This document shows positions 61,001-64,000 of a stretch of 64,000 nt of DNA, one piece after another. Every line of letters starts with the position of its first letter. Position 1 is the first letter of the stretch. The position numbers and the translations under genes are program-made. This DNA comes from an uncultured Bdellovibrionales bacterium (GTDB lineage: Bacteria > Pseudomonadota > Alphaproteobacteria > Micavibrionales > SZUA-601). Location: positions 34,053-98,052 of the forward strand of contig CAZBXD010000002.1 in assembly GCA_964496065.1 (NCBI GenBank), given 5' to 3'. The notes under the pieces were generated by a model. That model was not told where the DNA came from, searched no databases, and saw nothing but the letters and a program-made list of their open reading frames with translations.

Positions 61001-61162
61001 TTTTTGTCCAATACTTGCCATAAACTTCGATGCAAGGGACCGCTTCTCTTGTGTGGTTATCTCTTGAGCGGCTGATGTTTCGAATCCAGTCACATCCGCA
61101 ACCCCTTGATTCGGGTACAAAAACACAAAAATCATGCTCACTAGGAATATGATTCGGTGCAT
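58022..61162 (-). CDS. outer-membrane usher-like protein with extended C-terminus (beta-sandwich domains plus SPOR-like end)
   Basis: 1046 aa from the ATG at 61162 (signal MHRIIFLVSMIFVFLYPNQGVA); a longer start is at 61192. It has a long amphipathic beta-strand region. A plug-like block reads SLGDITPTRLAIVDDSGQERGVRLSSN...GWDVELFRNDILIGVQQVDSSGRYDFQNVELFFGDNEFRLVFYGPQGQIREETRSVPVY, comparable to FimD/PapC. Two further C-terminal blocks follow: RAFLDENNNGLLDADEQLLEGVSV...TDKTGTAFLYGL and GEIDGVI...TEKTGYDGFYLFQDVPPGDYII. The call is by motif and architecture only. Confidence 0.5.
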   Translation of the reverse strand: MHRIIFLVSMIFVFLYPNQGVADVTGFETSAAQEITTQEKRSLASKFMASIGQKFDRMMADDSYLSDESVLSNYDKFNDRLRSIGEGEELILLVATEKIVLSEGLLSIKQNNTLYLSLFEFLSAVDFPIDINLDSQMASGWYISEDKPFYMDVTQAFVEVDGRRYTIQEQDVINDGTDLLVRFETLAEWFDLHLEADLEMLAIVVDSQDPLPIETRLLRDKRAREFEYVSRRPILPYERDPYRFITEPFVDVQLSGAYSKRPDRDATTTARYSLIGANDLGYMNAKTFIQGTKDESVQEVRLTLNRKADEGEDLGPFGVDEVSLGDITPTRLAIVDDSGQERGVRLSSNISDEDISDTIQLQGDVQPGWDVELFRNDILIGVQQVDSSGRYDFQNVELFFGDNEFRLVFYGPQGQIREETRSVPVYGNRLKQGQSAYDVSLTQRNKVTYRLNEIDSVDEGTPALASRYEYGLTDNLLGFVGTRAWQRSNQAELLGVAGLQTNRNSFLYTLNTAAETGGGTAIEGIAQGLIGKNTLRLRQQFNTDDFDVDPGGIPTVSETEARLQGRLARRSSYTLQGLHDVRGDDTQRSEVSGNIGANFRRMNLNKQASYIHDDADTDQDRITGSGSVSGVYSGTHWRSRVNYNVTPDTEINSFLVSGLRSLNTNLSAELELENFLETDLTEGRFSMNYRNDKFLLTPRLSYDSDQELTALMTMNFGLGRDPYSNQAVMTRNRMTNSGAVSARAFLDENNNGLLDADEQLLEGVSVIAKSDVKRAKTDKTGTAFLYGLQEDRLTDITVDRDKFDDPFWITTYQGRSVKPRAGVVQQIDFPIAVGGEIDGVINVIGKNKQIRPARQLTVELMTSDREIIQTEKTGYDGFYLFQDVPPGDYIINIPNGETEIRGLRTSGNHFIDVTALGTVESGIDFVLYSDALDDVEVAELELKHNKQKYDNLMVLRLGSYNSGLLRMLKWVRLRKAHPEIFGTLKPQFTDDRSDRKYLDIGPLYSANRANTICERIREIEEDCQIRKAVRKNSLDMASAEITSSKK

Positions 61163-61401
61163 ATATATGTTGTTTTTTATATCCATAAACAATTTATTTT
61201 TTAACTTTTAGACCCATGTTAAAGCGCTTATTTCAAGGGCTTCAGCCGCACTCCCTTATATAACGGGGATATGTTTAACTCCATGTTAAGAAGAACCGAA
61301 TATCATATTGTCATGAATGATTAATAGGCGGGCATGTCGATTGATCATAATAATAAATCACTTAACTCGGGGACCCCCGATTATCTGAAAGGACTTTAGA
61401 G

Positions 61402-61989
61402 ATGACTAAGTTTACAACTAAAACAAAAATTTTGGCCTTAGCCTTGACGACGTGTTCTGTACTTGCACTCGGGAGTGCCGAAGCTGAAACTGTTAACTCA
61501 ACGGCGGATGTAACGGTACAAAACGCGATTACCTTTACTGAAACTTCTGCGCTAACATTCGGAACAATCGTTGCCATCGGTGACGGTACAGCTGGTGGTG
61601 CCGCTGCTACTATCGACATCGGTGTTGGCGTAGCCAATGACACAACTGTTAGTACCCCTGCTGTCCCTGGTACAGATGATTTGATCATCGAATTGGTTGC
61701 AGGGGACCGGGCTGAATATGCGATTTCTGGTGCGGCTCCAAACACGGATCTGACCGTAACAATCCCAGCAGCGCCGGTTGTATTGAACTGTGGTGGATGT
61801 TCTGGTGCTCAGCCTGACTTTACTGTTGACACATGGATTGATAACTCTACCGCTGGTGTATTAACAACTGACGGTGCTGGTGCTCAGACATTGTTCGTTG
61901 GGGCAACTTTGAACACAGACCCAACAGCAATAAACCCATACGAAGATGGGAACTACACTGGTGCTTACACTGTAGAAGTTAACTACTAA
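61402..61989 (+). CDS. secreted fibre subunit candidate (DUF4402-like), probable major subunit
   Basis: 195 aa with signal peptide ...LALGSAEA/ET. It is Thr/Gly/Ala/Val-rich, carries a TFGTIVA motif near the N-terminus, and ends GNYTGAYTVEVNY-stop. It is followed by a strong terminator. Confidence 0.55.
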   Translation: MTKFTTKTKILALALTTCSVLALGSAEAETVNSTADVTVQNAITFTETSALTFGTIVAIGDGTAGGAAATIDIGVGVANDTTVSTPAVPGTDDLIIELVAGDRAEYAISGAAPNTDLTVTIPAAPVVLNCGGCSGAQPDFTVDTWIDNSTAGVLTTDGAGAQTLFVGATLNTDPTAINPYEDGNYTGAYTVEVNY

Positions 61990-62005
61990 GAATTACACAA
62001 TTTAG

Positions 62006-62036
62006 AAAAACGCCCCTGAATTGGGGCGTTTTTTTA
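62006..62036 (+). terminator. rho-independent terminator/attenuator after the first subunit gene
   Basis: AAAAACGCCCC (62006-62016), loop TGAATT, GGGGCGTTTTT (62023-62033), running into a T7 tract (62029-62035). Confidence 0.6.
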
Positions 62037-62072
62037 TTCTCAAATTAACAATTACAGTTTATAGATAACAAT

Positions 62073-62528
62073 ATGCGGTATCTTTTTCTTATCATATTAT
62101 TTTTCATGACAAGCTTCGCCTTTGAAGCACACGCCGTCATTATCGAAGAACGTCCTTTTACCTATGGCACCCTTGTGGTCACCGATAATAGTGCGGTTTA
62201 TTCCATGCGGGTTCGCCGGAATGGCAATATTAACCCCATCGATCCCCAGCTTATCCAAATTGGGACTGTTAACTCTGCCCGCTTTGATTTCCAAGGCTTT
62301 CCTGCTAACACTGCCTTGATTGTAACATTTACCCCGACAACTGTTACAGGTCCCGGATCAAATTTTTTTACCATTACTAATTTTGATTTACCGGGTAATA
62401 TGACCACTAATGGTTCCGGCAATCGAAATAATCGCAATATTGGCTCAACGATTAACACATCCGGAAATGGCCTGCCCTATACTGATGGGAATTATACTGG
62501 CACCATTCTTGTTGAGGCCGTCTTTTAA
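62073..62528 (+). CDS. secreted fibre subunit candidate 2 (DUF4402-like)
   Basis: 151 aa with signal ...FAFEAHA/VI, a FTYGTLVV motif, and a C-terminus TSGNGLPYTDGNYTGTILVEAVF-stop that parallels the first subunit. Confidence 0.5.
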   Translation: MRYLFLIILFFMTSFAFEAHAVIIEERPFTYGTLVVTDNSAVYSMRVRRNGNINPIDPQLIQIGTVNSARFDFQGFPANTALIVTFTPTTVTGPGSNFFTITNFDLPGNMTTNGSGNRNNRNIGSTINTSGNGLPYTDGNYTGTILVEAVF

Positions 62529-62530
62529 CT

Positions 62531-62602
62531 ACCTCTGGTAATGGGATGTCGTATACAGATGGGAACTACAGCGGCACCATGACTCTCACGGTGACATATT
62601 AA
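62531..62602 (+). pseudogene. orphan 3' cassette: a second copy of the last 23 codons plus stop of a subunit gene, with no start codon
   Basis: It translates to TSGNGMSYTDGNYSGTMTLTVTY-stop. It begins 2 nt after the stop of the preceding gene, in a different frame. It is codon-for-codon colinear with that gene's last 23 codons (TSGNGLPYTDGNYTGTILVEAVF-stop). Confidence 0.45.
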
Positions 62603-62679
62603 ATTTAATTAAAATCATAAAGTATCTTGCCCTGCCCCCTCTCTTTCGGTTACTTTGAAAGGTATCTATGAGGTGTGAT

Positions 62680-63507
62680 ATGAAATCTTTATTCAAAACG
62701 CTAGTTCTTAGCATTCTATGCCTGTTTTTTATCGTCCCTGTTGCGCAGGCCGATTTGTTTATTAGTCCATTAAGGGTCGTTTTTGAAGGGCGTGATCGTT
62801 CCGCCCTCGTTACCCTACTTAACCGCTCTCAGGAGATTAATACCTACCGAATTTATTGGAAAGATAAGGTTTTTAACCCTGAGACCAATAATTATCAAGA
62901 TGTTGAGGCACTGGGAACCGCTGGTGGCGGGGTCTCAGAAATGATTCGTTACAGCCCACGTCAGATTACCCTTCGTCCCGGTGAAAATCAAAAAATTCGC
63001 CTGGCTGTGCGCAAACCAGGCGATCTTGCTGATGGGGAATATCGCTCTCACCTTGTCTTTGAAAAAGTCCCTGATATCCCTGACGAAAGTCTCACACCAA
63101 AAGAAGGGGCAACATTAAAACTCTACGTCAATCTCTCTTTTGCTATTCCGATCTATGTGCGGCAAGGCATTAGTGTCGATACGCTTCAGGCTTCGATCTC
63201 AAACACCTCTATTCGTCGCGATCGAGAAACCAATAATCCGGTTATTGATCTCACGATCTCCAAAAGCGACCCAACACAAAGCGCTATTGGTAAAATCATG
63301 GTCTATAACGTTGATGCCGGTGGAAAACAGGGGAGCGTTATTGGCATTCTTAACAATGCCGGTGTTTTGAAAGAGCTCACCTCACGTGATTTCTCTGTTG
63401 AGTTGAGCCAAGGCCCCATTACAGGAAACCAAATCTATGTGGTTTATAAAGGCGATGATGAATTTTCAGGGATCGTGTGGGATGAACAAATTATTAACCT
63501 TAATTGA
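62680..63507 (+). CDS. PapD-like periplasmic pilus chaperone
   Basis: Signal ...VPVAQA/DL, then LFISPLRVVFEGRDRSALVTLLN and ITLRPGENQKIRLAVRKPGDLADGEYRSHLVFEKVP, typical of chaperone N-domains. The ATG at 62680 is preceded by GAGG; the alternative start is at 62668. Confidence 0.65.
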   Translation: MKSLFKTLVLSILCLFFIVPVAQADLFISPLRVVFEGRDRSALVTLLNRSQEINTYRIYWKDKVFNPETNNYQDVEALGTAGGGVSEMIRYSPRQITLRPGENQKIRLAVRKPGDLADGEYRSHLVFEKVPDIPDESLTPKEGATLKLYVNLSFAIPIYVRQGISVDTLQASISNTSIRRDRETNNPVIDLTISKSDPTQSAIGKIMVYNVDAGGKQGSVIGILNNAGVLKELTSRDFSVELSQGPITGNQIYVVYKGDDEFSGIVWDEQIINLN

Positions 63508-63562
63508 TTATCCAAAAAGATAACAACAGGAATAAAGCGTGATAAAACACACGGCGCACAGA

Positions 63563-64000
63563 ATGACAAAACCCGCTAAAAAGCTTGTAGATCCGCTTTT
63601 TGTCCTTGTCATTTTGACACTGATTTTTGTGCCCGTTTTGAATGCCTGTAGCACCACACCGCGCTCTTCTGGTGCGACGCAAATTGACACCTCAAACATT
63701 GATACAAATACGCTGAAATTGCCGGACGGATATGAATGGGATGGTGAAGAAGATGACATGGAAGAGAATGAAGAAACCAGCCAATCGTCTTTTACCAAGG
63801 GGACAACCATGTCCTTCAGAGCTGACCGAAATGCGCCAACTGCAACACGTCTTGCAGCAATTGAAGATCAACTTGAGCTTCTCAGACAAGATTTTAATGA
63901 ACTCTATCCAAGTATGCGACGTTTAATGGCGATTGAACAAGATATGCAAGAGTTAATCATGGAGTTGAAGTCTCTGACCACAGATGTTGCCGCGCAACCT
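63563..64000 (+). CDS. lipoprotein with an acidic linker and coiled-coil region; 3' end outside the window
   Basis: The open frame runs to the window edge, which is why it is absent from the ORF track. It begins MTKPAKKLVDPLFVLVILTLIFVPVLNAC (lipobox-like), has an acidic stretch EWDGEEDDMEENEE, then a heptad-like LAAIEDQLELLRQDFNELYPSMRRLMAIEQDMQELIMELKSL. Confidence 0.45.
   Translation, partial: MTKPAKKLVDPLFVLVILTLIFVPVLNACSTTPRSSGATQIDTSNIDTNTLKLPDGYEWDGEEDDMEENEETSQSSFTKGTTMSFRADRNAPTATRLAAIEDQLELLRQDFNELYPSMRRLMAIEQDMQELIMELKSLTTDVAAQP

Noticed and set aside
61362-61745. 127-aa ORF antisense to the first fibre subunit gene
   Set aside because: It is the mirror image of a Thr/Gly/Ala-rich coding region, and codon composition alone keeps the opposite strand open. 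It has no start context or independent motif, and the sense-strand gene has a signal peptide and a family-like C-terminus.
62520-62531. Programmed frameshift at C-TTT-TAA joining subunit 2 to the downstream 3' cassette
   Set aside because: The cassette is in the -1 frame, which would require tRNA-Phe to re-pair on CTT. The energetically easy +1 slip on TTTT leads to a stop after four codons. No stimulatory structure is evident. The idea is kept only as a test within the cassette finding.

Overview
This is a gene-dense chromosomal segment, about 60 genes with many overlapping start/stop codons, and the gene content points to an alphaproteobacterium of moderate or low GC. Supporting content includes alpha-type AddA/AddB, an NDUFA9-like protein, ELM1/DUF1022, a 1600-aa-class NAD-glutamate dehydrogenase and an rsmI-yraN-BON operon divergent from an lpoA-like gene. 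Most of the window is housekeeping: waaA-lpxK-lpxL, xseA, tadA, tsaE-addB-addA, truA-fmt-def-rmuC, the yihA-yidC-yidD-rnpA-rpmH block, htpG, rpoD-dnaG, greA, trxB, an aminotransferase, and a peptidoglycan group (PBP1A, a PBP5/6-type carboxypeptidase with SPOR, a DUF882 peptidase). I found no rRNA, CRISPR array, transposase or integrase. One tRNA with a CAT anticodon is present. Two patches are not housekeeping. (i) 37.6-42.3 kb abuts the 3' end of the tRNA and holds several ORFs with no recognisable family, plus an intact polytopic DotA/TraY-like (type IVB secretion) protein with no other Dot/Icm or Tra gene nearby. (ii) 58.0-64.0 kb, running off the window, is a divergent locus. It encodes an usher-like outer-membrane protein with an unusual C-terminal extension, two small secreted subunits that look like the uncharacterised DUF4402 family, a PapD-like chaperone, a duplicated orphan 3' subunit cassette and a lipoprotein. 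I rank this second locus as the best candidate for an undescribed surface-fibre assembly system. All family assignments come from reading motifs by eye and need profile searches to confirm.
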